4,821 nt of DNA from a virus (lineage: Duplodnaviria > Heunggongvirae > Uroviricota > Caudoviricetes), in IMG/VR virus record IMGVR_UViG_2531839474_000008. One strand, written 5' to 3'. Below the pieces are notes generated by a model. The model saw nothing but the letters and a program-made list of their open reading frames with translations, was not told the origin of the DNA and searched no databases. This document shows, one piece after another, positions 1 to 4,821 of this stretch (the first letter of the stretch is position 1; each line of letters opens with the position of its first letter). Made by a program: the position numbers and the translations under genes.

Positions 1-1829
1 CTGAGATCCAGCTGCCAGCGGGAAATACTGATGCGCAGCGCCGCCAGCGCATAAACGAAGCAGTCGAGTGCCTCATTGCGTCGCTTTTTGCTGTCCCACA
101 GTATTTTTTTCCTGCCATCCACCCATTTTTCGACCTGCTCTTCAGCAGTCAGCTGCTGCGCTTCGGTCAGATCAAAAATATCCGGGTTATTCGGGAAGTG
201 AACGGCACCGGGAAGCGGTTCATCCCCTTCCGGCGTCAGTGTGAAGCGGTTATAAATCTGCTCTTTCGCGGTATCCGTACCGATTTCGGTAAGGTAAACC
301 CCGTTTTTGTTTCGCTTACGTGGCATGCTGGCCACCGGCTTTCCGTAGACGGATGCCCCTTTAATGAGGATCACCCGGAACAGCCCATGTTTTTTCGAGC
401 GTTCATACACAATGGTCGGGTCAATCCCGCCAGTATCCCAGCAGATACGGGATACCGACATTTCTGCACCATTCCGGCGGGTATAGGTTTTATTGATGGC
501 CTCATCCACACGCAGCAGCGTCTGTTCATCATCGTGGCGACCCATAATAATCTGCCGGTCAATCAGCCAGCTTTCCTCACCCGGCCCCCATCCCCATACA
601 CGCATTTCGTAGCGCTCCAGCTGGGAGTCGATACCGGCGGTCAGGTAAGCCACACGATCAGGAACGGGCGCTGAATAATACTCTTTCCGCTCTGCCATCA
701 CTTCAGCATCCGGACGTTCGCCAATTTTCGCCTCCCACGTCTCACCGAGCGTGGTGTTCACAAAGGTTTTACGTTTTCCCGTATCCCCTTTCGTCTTCAT
801 CCAGTCTTTGACAATCTGCACCCAGGTGGTGAACGGGCTGTACGCCGTCCAGATGTGAAAGGTCACACTGTCAGGCGGCTCAATCTCTTCACCGGATGAC
901 GAAAACCAGAGAATGCCATCACGGGTCCAGATCCCGGTCTTTTCGCAGATATAACGGGCATCAGTAAAGTCCAGCTCCTGCTGACGGATGACGCAGGCAT
1001 TATGCTCACAGAGATAAAACACGCTGGAGGGGTCATCCGGCGTCCATTTGAGGCCAAACGGCGTCTCTTTATCGCCAAATTTAAGGTACTGCTCCTCCCC
1101 GCAGTGCGGGCAGGCAACATGAAAACGCATAAAATGCGGGGATTCACTGGCTGCACGCTCAATCTGACAGGTGCCTCTCACTTTGGGCGTGGAGCCACGG
1201 ATGGACTTTGGCCAGACCGAGCCTTCAATACGCTTATCGCCCAGGAACGTCGGAGAGCCTTCCTGTTCAATATCCTCATCAAAGGCAGCAAGTTCATCAT
1301 AACCCGCCACATCCACCGACTTTTCACGGTAGTTTTTTGCCGCTTTACCGCCCAGGCACCAGAAGCCACGACCATTGGTGAAACGCTTCATGGTGAGCGT
1401 GTTATCCCGGTGCTTTTTGCCATACCACGGAGCCAGCGCCAGCAGCGACGGAATATCACGGATGGTTGGCTCAACGTGAGTTTTCATGAAGTTCTCGGCA
1501 TCACCATCCGTCGGCAACCAGATAAGTGTGTTGCGTTGCTTATGCTCTATGAAGTAGGCATAAACACCCAGCAGCATTTTGGAATAACCGACACGGGCAG
1601 ACTTCACCACATTCACCTCACGGATGTAGTCGCTGCCCATCGCATTCATGATGGCCCGCTGAAAGGGCAGTGTTTCCCAGCGCCCTTCCTGGTATGCGGA
1701 TTCTTTCGGGAGATAGTAATTAGCATCCGCCCATTCAACGGCAGTCTGTGGCTCCGGCCTGAACAGTGAGCGAAGCCCGGCGCGGACAAAATGCCGCAGC
1801 CTGTTAACCTGACTGTTCGATATATTCAC
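1..1829 (-). CDS. A: Terminase large subunit gpA, partial; about 609 codons present, C-terminal end lies beyond the window
   Basis: Hand translation of the minus strand from the GTG at 1829..1827 gives MNISNSQVNRLRHFVRAGLRSLFRPEPQTAVEWADANYYLPKESAYQEGRWETLPFQRAIMNAMGSDYIREVNVVKSARVGYSK... and stays open to position 1, ending ...EALDCFVYALAALRISISRWQLDLS. It is collinear with lambda gpA as recalled, with a few substitutions, and includes the P-loop-like KSARVGYSK. The start overlaps the Nu1 3' end by 26 nt as in lambda. It is absent from the ORF track only because there is no stop inside the window. Confidence 0.95.
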   Translation of the reverse strand, partial: MNISNSQVNRLRHFVRAGLRSLFRPEPQTAVEWADANYYLPKESAYQEGRWETLPFQRAIMNAMGSDYIREVNVVKSARVGYSKMLLGVYAYFIEHKQRNTLIWLPTDGDAENFMKTHVEPTIRDIPSLLALAPWYGKKHRDNTLTMKRFTNGRGFWCLGGKAAKNYREKSVDVAGYDELAAFDEDIEQEGSPTFLGDKRIEGSVWPKSIRGSTPKVRGTCQIERAASESPHFMRFHVACPHCGEEQYLKFGDKETPFGLKWTPDDPSSVFYLCEHNACVIRQQELDFTDARYICEKTGIWTRDGILWFSSSGEEIEPPDSVTFHIWTAYSPFTTWVQIVKDWMKTKGDTGKRKTFVNTTLGETWEAKIGERPDAEVMAERKEYYSAPVPDRVAYLTAGIDSQLERYEMRVWGWGPGEESWLIDRQIIMGRHDDEQTLLRVDEAINKTYTRRNGAEMSVSRICWDTGGIDPTIVYERSKKHGLFRVILIKGASVYGKPVASMPRKRNKNGVYLTEIGTDTAKEQIYNRFTLTPEGDEPLPGAVHFPNNPDIFDLTEAQQLTAEEQVEKWVDGRKKILWDSKKRRNEALDCFVYALAALRISISRWQLDL

Positions 1830-2349
1830 TCAGCAACCCCGGTATCAGTTCATCCAGCGCGGCTGCTTTGTTCATGGCTTTGATGATATCCCGTTTCAGG
1901 AAATCAACATGTCGGTTTTCCAGTTCCGGAAAACGCCGCTGCACCGACAGGGGGATCCCGTCGAGAATACTGGCAATTTCACCTGCGATCCGCGACAGCA
2001 CGAAAGTACAGAATGCGGTTTCCACCACTTCAGCGGAGTCTCTGGCATTTTTCAGCTCCTGTGCGTCGGCCTGCGCACGCGTAAGTCGATGGCGTTCGTA
2101 CTCAATAGTCCCTGGCTGGAGATCTGTCTCGCTGGCCTGCCGCAGTTCTTCAACCTCCCGGCGCAGCTTTTCGTTCTCAATTTCAGCATCCCTTTCGGCA
2201 TACCATTTTATGACGGCGGCAGAGTCATAAAGCACCTCATTACCCTTCCCACCGCCTCGCAGAACGGGCATTCCCTGCTCCTGCCAGTTCTGAATGGTAC
2301 GGATACTCGCGCCGAAAATGTCAGCCAGCTGCTTTTTGTTGACTTCCAT
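1804..2349 (-). CDS. nu1: Terminase small subunit gpNu1 (cos-binding, winged helix-turn-helix N-terminus)
   Basis: The 181-aa ORF MEVNKKQLADIFGASIRTIQNWQEQGMPVLRGGGKGNEVLYDSAAVIKWYAERDAEIENEKL... ends ...LSEYIEQSG, essentially the lambda Nu1 sequence as recalled. ATG start at 2349..2347 and TAA stop at 1806..1804. It sits immediately downstream of cosB. Confidence 0.95.
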   Translation of the reverse strand: MEVNKKQLADIFGASIRTIQNWQEQGMPVLRGGGKGNEVLYDSAAVIKWYAERDAEIENEKLRREVEELRQASETDLQPGTIEYERHRLTRAQADAQELKNARDSAEVVETAFCTFVLSRIAGEIASILDGIPLSVQRRFPELENRHVDFLKRDIIKAMNKAAALDELIPGLLSEYIEQSG

Positions 2350-2373
2350 TGTTCATTCCACGGACAAAAACAG

Positions 2374-2488
2374 AGAAAGGAAACGACAGAGGCCAAAAAG
2401 CCCGTTTTCAGCACCTGTCGTTTCCTTTCTTTTCAGGGGGTGTTTTAAATAAAAACATTAAGTTACGAAGAAGAAGAACGGAAACGCC
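2374..2488. repeat. cosB: cosB gpNu1-binding elements: R1 (2374..2389) and R2 (2415..2430) as a perfect 16-bp inverted repeat, R3 at about 2473..2488, and an AT-rich putative IHF bend region between R3 and R2
   Basis: The plus strand at 2374..2389 is agaaaggaaacgacag and its exact reverse complement ctgtcgtttcctttct sits at 2415..2430. A third copy of the CGTTTCC core, gaagaacggaaacgcc, lies at 2473..2488. This arrangement matches lambda R1/R2/R3. The IHF site is not pinned to exact bases. Confidence 0.75.
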
Positions 2489-2526
2489 TTAAACCGGAAA
2501 ATTTTCATAAATAGCGAAAACCCGCG

Positions 2527-2538
2527 AGGTCGCCGCCC
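2527..2538 (-). other. cosN: cosN 12-nt cohesive-end sequence (GGGCGGCGACCT on the minus strand), flanked by the terminase nick sites
   Basis: The plus strand at 2527..2538 is aggtcgccgccc, the reverse complement of the lambda cohesive end GGGCGGCGACCT. It is flanked on the right by cgtaacctgtcgg, the reverse complement of the lambda right-end terminus. Confidence 0.8.
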
Positions 2539-2737
2539 CGTAACCTGTCGGATCGCCGGAAAGGACCCGCAAAATGATAATAATTATCATCTACATGTCA
2601 CAACGTGCATCTACGCCATCAAACCACGTCAAATAATCAATTATGACGCAGGTATCGTATTAATTGATCTGCGTCAACTTAACGTAAAAACAACTTCAGA
2701 CAATACAAATCAGCGACACTGAATACGGGGCAACCTC

Positions 2738-2932
2738 ATGTCAACGAAGAACAGAACCCGCAGAACAACAACCCGCAACATCCGCTTTCCTAACCAAATG
2801 ATTGAACAAATTAACATCGCTCTTGAGCAAAAAGGGTCCGGGAATTTCTCAGCCTGGGTCATTGAAGCCTGCCGTCGGAGACTAACGTCAGAAAAGAGAG
2901 CATATACATCAATCCAAAGTGATGATGAATAA
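2738..2932 (+). CDS. Small basic hypothetical protein, 64 aa, with an Arc/MetJ/CopG-like ribbon-helix-helix pattern; possibly YlcI/YnfO (DUF3950) family
   Basis: ATG at 2738 with a GGGG Shine-Dalgarno-like run about 9 nt upstream (acgGGGcaacctcATG) and a TAA stop. The protein MSTKNRTRRTTTRNIRFPNQMIEQINIALEQKGSGNFSAWVIEACRRRLTSEKRAYTSIQSDDE has a basic N-terminal arm, a beta-strand-like NIRF followed by P, a helix (NQMIEQINIALEQKG), a GSG turn and a second helix (NFSAWVIEACRRRL), parallel to the Arc FNLRWP...G.S... pattern. It uses three AGA codons and is more AT-rich than the terminase genes, as expected for a moron. The family name is tentative and from memory. Confidence 0.7.
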   Translation: MSTKNRTRRTTTRNIRFPNQMIEQINIALEQKGSGNFSAWVIEACRRRLTSEKRAYTSIQSDDE

Positions 2933-3199
2933 ACATCCCGGTTTCTTCCACCATCGCACCGGAAAAGCGACTATGAGGGTAACCCTGCGTCTGTCAGCAC
3001 AGTAAAACCCGGTGTGCATCGTTTTTGATTATTCCCGCACACTCACGCAGAAGGAATTCCCCGTCGGGCTACGGCCATGGTTAATGCGGGAATACGGCGA
3101 CGATACAGCGCAGCTAAAAGGGTAATGGACAGAAAGAGCGGTTTATTTCATTCCACAGGATTCTGAGTGCCCCCCTCCTCCAATAGGCTGAGCATCCAC

Positions 3200-3291
3200 C
3201 TATATAGTTTTAATTTTCATCAATCCATTTAACTATCGTTTAATTGTTGTCACATAGGATTCTGCCGTTTTTAACAATGCAGGATAATAAG
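3200..3291 (+). promoter_or_regulatory. Putative bor promoter and ribosome-binding region
   Basis: AT-rich sequence directly upstream of bor. A strong Shine-Dalgarno AGGA sits 7-8 nt before the ATG (gcAGGAtaataagATG). There is a candidate -35-like TTGTCA at 3247..3252 with weak -10-like ttaaca/taacaa 17-19 nt downstream. Lambda bor is known to be expressed in lysogens from its own promoter, but the exact hexamers here are not convincing. Confidence 0.3.
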
Positions 3292-3585
3292 ATGAAAAAA
3301 ATGTTGTTTTCTGCCGCTCTGGCAATGCTTATTACAGGATGTGCTCAACAGACGTTTACTGTTGGAAACAAACCGACAGCAGTAACACCAAAGGAAACCA
3401 TCACCCATCACTTCTTCGTTTCGGGAATTGGACAGGAGAAAACTGTTGATGCAGCCAAAATTTGTGGCGGCGCAGAAAATGTTGTTAAAACAGAAACCCA
3501 GCAAACATTCGTAAATGGATTGCTCGGTTTTATTACTTTAGGCATTTATACTCCGCTGGAAGCGCGTGTGTATTGCTCACAATAA
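3292..3585 (+). CDS. bor: Bor outer-membrane lipoprotein (serum-resistance lysogenic-conversion protein), 97 aa
   Basis: MKKMLFSAALAMLITGCAQQTFTVGNKPTAVTPKETITHHFFVSGIGQEKTVDAAKICGGAENVVKTETQQTFVNGLLGFITLGIYTPLEARVYCSQ, with a lipoprotein signal peptide and LITGC lipobox. It is near-identical to lambda Bor as recalled, and lies on the strand opposite the late operon, directly after Rz, as in lambda. The ATG at 3292 with its AGGA Shine-Dalgarno is preferred over the TTG at 3244 used by the ORF track. Confidence 0.93.
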   Translation: MKKMLFSAALAMLITGCAQQTFTVGNKPTAVTPKETITHHFFVSGIGQEKTVDAAKICGGAENVVKTETQQTFVNGLLGFITLGIYTPLEARVYCSQ

Positions 3586-3595
3586 TTGCATGAGT

Positions 3596-3613
3596 TGCCC
3601 ATCGATATGGGCA
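3596..3613. terminator. Stem-loop between convergent bor and Rz (7-bp stem tgcccat/atgggca, 4-nt loop cgat); weak bidirectional terminator candidate
   Basis: A perfect 7-bp inverted repeat at 3596..3602 and 3607..3613, lying 10 nt after the bor stop and 3 nt after the Rz stop. There is no clear U-tract on either strand, so intrinsic terminator activity is uncertain. Confidence 0.25.
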
Positions 3614-3616
3614 GCT

Positions 3617-4078
3617 CTATCTGCACTGCTCATTAATATACTTCTGGGTTCCTTCCAGTTGTTTTTGCATAGTGATCAGCCTCTCTCTGAGGGTGAAATA
3701 ATCCCGTTCAGCGGTGTCTGCCAGTCGGGGGGAGGCTGCATTATCCACGCCGGAGGCGGTGGTGGCTTCACGCACTGACTGACAGACTGCTTTGATGTGC
3801 AACCGACGACGACCAGCGGCAACATCATCACGCAGAGCATCATTTTCAGCTTTCGCATCAGCTAACTCCTTCGTGTATTTTGCATCGAGCGCAGCAACAT
3901 CACGCTGACGCATCTGCATGTCAGTAATTGCCGCGTTCGCCAGCTTCAGTTCTCTGGCATTTTTGTCGCGCTGGGCTTTGTAGGTAATGGCGTTATCACG
4001 GTAATGATTAACAGCCCATGACAGGCAGACGATGATGCAGATAACCAGAGCGGAGATAATCGCGGTTACTCTGTTCAT
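3617..4078 (-). CDS. Rz: Rz inner-membrane spanin (i-spanin), 153 aa
   Basis: [153 protein letters not shown] has an N-terminal signal-anchor transmembrane segment and a coiled-coil periplasmic domain. It is near-identical to lambda Rz as recalled. The ATG at 4078..4076 overlaps the endolysin TGA stop (ATGA) and follows a GGGG Shine-Dalgarno-like run; the ORF-track start at 4090 is an in-frame GTG four codons upstream. Confidence 0.95.
   Translation of the reverse strand: MNRVTAIISALVICIIVCLSWAVNHYRDNAITYKAQRDKNARELKLANAAITDMQMRQRDVAALDAKYTKELADAKAENDALRDDVAAGRRRLHIKAVCQSVREATTASGVDNAASPRLADTAERDYFTLRERLITMQKQLEGTQKYINEQCR
3676..3858 (-). CDS. Rz1: Rz1 outer-membrane lipoprotein spanin (o-spanin), 60 aa, embedded in the +1 frame of Rz
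   Basis: [60 protein letters not shown] has a lipoprotein signal with a VVGC lipobox and a proline-rich mature region. It matches lambda Rz1 as recalled and lies wholly inside the Rz coding sequence in a different frame. Confidence 0.9.
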   Translation of the reverse strand: MRKLKMMLCVMMLPLVVVGCTSKQSVSQCVKPPPPPAWIMQPPPDWQTPLNGIISPSERG

Positions 4079-4578
4079 TGCTGACCCCACAAACAGATTT
4101 CACGCTCAATCTCACGACGAGTCATGAGACCTTTCCATTGCTTACCGCCAGCATATGTCCAGCGACGTAGCTGATCACATGCGCCTTTGATATCGCCCTG
4201 GTTTATTTTGCGAAGAAGCGTCGATGTTCTGAAATTGCCAGCACCCACGTTGTAAACGAATGAGTAAAGAGCGCCGCGCATTGTTTCCGGTATATCGACT
4301 TTGATGTACGGGTTAATTTGTCTGGCGACCGTGGCAAGGTCTTTATTCAGGAGGGCTTTGCATTCTGCTTTGGTATACGTTTTACCGAGCATGATGTCTT
4401 TTCCTGTATGCCCGTGACATACAGTCCATACACCAACAATATCTTTGTATGGTATGTAGCTGACACCTTCCAGACCATCGTTACCACTCGGTCCAGTGAT
4501 TAACACAGATGCTATAGCAATAGCCCCGCCACTTATCGCCGCTATTACGCTATTTCGTAGTGCCGGTGACATTGCCAT
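4075..4578 (-). CDS. R: SAR (signal-arrest-release) endolysin, T4-lysozyme-like glycoside hydrolase (GH24 type), 167 aa
   Basis: [59 protein letters not shown]... has an N-terminal Gly/Ala/Ser-rich weakly hydrophobic segment (residues about 9-30) typical of SAR domains. The catalytic triad spacing E37-x8-D46-x5-T52 matches T4 lysozyme (E11/D20/T26) and phage 21 R. A GAGGA Shine-Dalgarno lies 8 nt upstream of the first ATG. The start overlaps the holin 3' end by 29 nt. It resembles the 21-like and DLP12 RrrD lysozymes as recalled. Confidence 0.93.
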   Translation of the reverse strand: MAMSPALRNSVIAAISGGAIAIASVLITGPSGNDGLEGVSYIPYKDIVGVWTVCHGHTGKDIMLGKTYTKAECKALLNKDLATVARQINPYIKVDIPETMRGALYSFVYNVGAGNFRTSTLLRKINQGDIKGACDQLRRWTYAGGKQWKGLMTRREIEREICLWGQQ

Positions 4579-4753
4579 TCAATCTGTCCTCGCGCTCTTT
4601 GCGCTTGTAGTACCAGTTGATGCCAAATGTGCCGACAGTACAAAGAATACCAATAATGACAGCCCAGTCATTCAGGGAGAGAATGCCACCCATCGCAGTC
4701 AGTCCTCCGAAGCTGTAACTGAACCATTCTCTGATTTTGTCCATACGGTACAT
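4550..4753 (-). CDS. S: Class II holin with two transmembrane domains, pinholin-like, carrying a dual-start motif (M1 and M4)
   Basis: The 67-aa protein [67 protein letters not shown] has two predicted transmembrane segments (a Gly/Ala/Ser-rich first segment, [17 protein letters not shown], and a second, [20 protein letters not shown]) and a charged C-terminus. It sits directly upstream of, and overlaps, the endolysin gene. The M-Y-R-M-D-K N-terminus resembles the phage 21 S dual start M-K-S-M-D-K. The protein itself is not one I recognise by sequence. Confidence 0.85.
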   Translation of the reverse strand: MYRMDKIREWFSYSFGGLTAMGGILSLNDWAVIIGILCTVGTFGINWYYKRKEREDRLNGNVTGTTK

Positions 4754-4821
4754 GCTCTACCCATTCATTGAGGGGATTTGCTCTATGTGGATTTGCCCCT
4801 ATATTTCCAGACACCTGTTAT

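Larger units (their letters stand above)
2350..2600 (-). promoter_or_regulatory. cos: cos packaging site (cosQ, cosN, cosB) in lambda orientation on the minus strand
   Basis: The reverse complement of 2349..2540 reads cGGGGCGGCGACCTCGCGGGTTTTCGCTATTTATGAAAATTTTCCGGTTTAAGGCGTTTCCGTTCTTC...GAAAGGAAACGACAGG...TCTGTCGTTTCCTTTCTCTG...GGAATGAACAATGGAAGTC, matching the lambda left end with minor differences. Sequence on the other side of cosN (2539..2660) matches the lambda right end (...CCGACAGGTTACG). The cosQ position, roughly 2550..2570, is approximate and from memory. Confidence 0.85.
1..4821. mobile_element. Segment of a lambdoid phage or prophage spanning lysis cassette, moron interval, cos and terminase genes
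   Basis: Gene order on the minus strand is holin, endolysin, Rz/Rz1, then cos, Nu1, A, with bor on the opposite strand, which is the lambda late-region layout. Nu1, A, Rz, Rz1, Bor and the cos sequence closely match lambda as recalled from memory. Lysis genes and terminase are contiguous across cos, so this is prophage, circular or concatemeric DNA rather than a virion end. Confidence 0.9.

Noticed and set aside
198-674. 158-aa plus-strand ORF
   Set aside because: Antisense to gene A, the same artefact as above; the track's start is probably a non-ATG codon and there is no support for expression.
371-1375. Three short minus-strand ORFs (371..562, 863..1162, 1178..1375)
   Set aside because: They are out-of-frame ORFs inside gene A. 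The true A frame is continuous from 1829 to the window edge, so they do not indicate frameshifts or a pseudogene.
1002-1769. 255-aa plus-strand ORF
   Set aside because: It lies entirely antisense to the terminase large subunit gene, whose minus-strand frame I translated and found open and lambda-like throughout. The product has no recognisable features. Long antisense ORFs are a common artefact opposite strongly biased coding sequence.
2208-2414. 68-aa minus-strand ORF spanning the Nu1 start and cosB
   Set aside because: Out of frame with Nu1 and running through the R1 site; no ribosome-binding site or protein features. Spurious.
1868-2448. Plus-strand ORFs 1868..2230 and 1909..2448
   Set aside because: Antisense to Nu1 and extending across cosB; low-complexity products with no functional features. 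They overlap a gene with a clear identity.
3154-3264. Direct repeat of aggattctg (3157..3165 and 3256..3264) upstream of bor
   Set aside because: A single exact 9-mer pair within a few hundred bases is expected fairly often by chance, and there is no extended or symmetric context. Not reported as a binding site.
3244-3291. Extended bor start at the TTG at 3244 (MLSHRILPFLTMQDNK...)
   Set aside because: The ATG at 3292 has a strong AGGA Shine-Dalgarno and yields the canonical lipoprotein signal peptide MKKML...LITGC; the extension would bury the signal peptide.
3271-3504. 77-aa minus-strand ORF
   Set aside because: Antisense to bor, which has a clear lipoprotein signal and lambda Bor identity.
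3566-3778. 70-aa plus-strand ORF with a Gly-rich stretch
   Set aside because: Antisense to Rz and Rz1; the Gly run is simply the complement of the Rz1 proline codons.
3617-4090. Extended Rz start at 4090 (MGSAM...) from the ORF track
   Set aside because: Codon 4090..4088 is GTG and would overlap the endolysin by 16 nt. The ATG at 4078 gives the canonical Rz N-terminus, sits in an ATGA stop-start overlap, and follows a G-rich Shine-Dalgarno-like sequence.
4318-4771. Plus-strand ORFs 4318..4503 and 4496..4771
   Set aside because: Antisense to the endolysin and holin genes; no independent support.
4760-4821. Possible late-promoter or qut/terminator elements upstream of the holin (ggatttgc direct repeat)
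   Set aside because: Only about 70 bp upstream of the holin is in the window, and the repeat is direct rather than a stem-loop. That is not enough sequence to call a promoter, qut site or terminator.
1-4821. CRISPR arrays, tRNA or rRNA genes, IS elements, or a defence system (restriction-modification, toxin-antitoxin pair, Abi)
   Set aside because: No spacer-repeat arrays, tRNA-like structures, terminal inverted repeats with a transposase, or multi-gene defence cassettes were seen. Every sizeable ORF is accounted for by canonical phage packaging and lysis functions, apart from the single small RHH-like ORF.

Overview
This window is a contiguous piece of a lambda-like (lambdoid) phage or prophage: the end of the late lysis cassette, the cos packaging site, and the start of the terminase operon. 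The minus strand (the phage's forward direction) carries a dual-start class II holin at 4753..4550, a SAR-type endolysin at 4578..4075, and the Rz/Rz1 spanins at 4078..3617 with Rz1 embedded in the +1 frame. It then crosses cosQ-cosN-cosB (about 2600..2350) into the terminase small subunit Nu1 at 2349..1804 and the large subunit A, which starts at a GTG at 1829 and runs off the window at position 1. I translated the A frame by hand across the whole window; it is open and collinear with lambda gpA as I remember it. The plus strand carries two accessory (moron) genes between Rz and cos: the Bor lipoprotein at 3292..3585 and a 64-aa basic ORF with an Arc-like ribbon-helix-helix pattern at 2738..2932. 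I find no support for a novel multi-gene system. The only element of unknown function is the small RHH-like ORF. Secondary points of interest are the mosaic join between a 21-like holin/endolysin and lambda-like Rz, and a bor-to-cos interval about 1 kb shorter than in lambda. All comparisons to lambda and phage 21 are from memory, not from a search. The ORF track clearly uses GTG and TTG as starts and omits ORFs without an in-window stop, which is why A is missing from it; the long plus-strand ORFs inside A and Nu1 are antisense artefacts.
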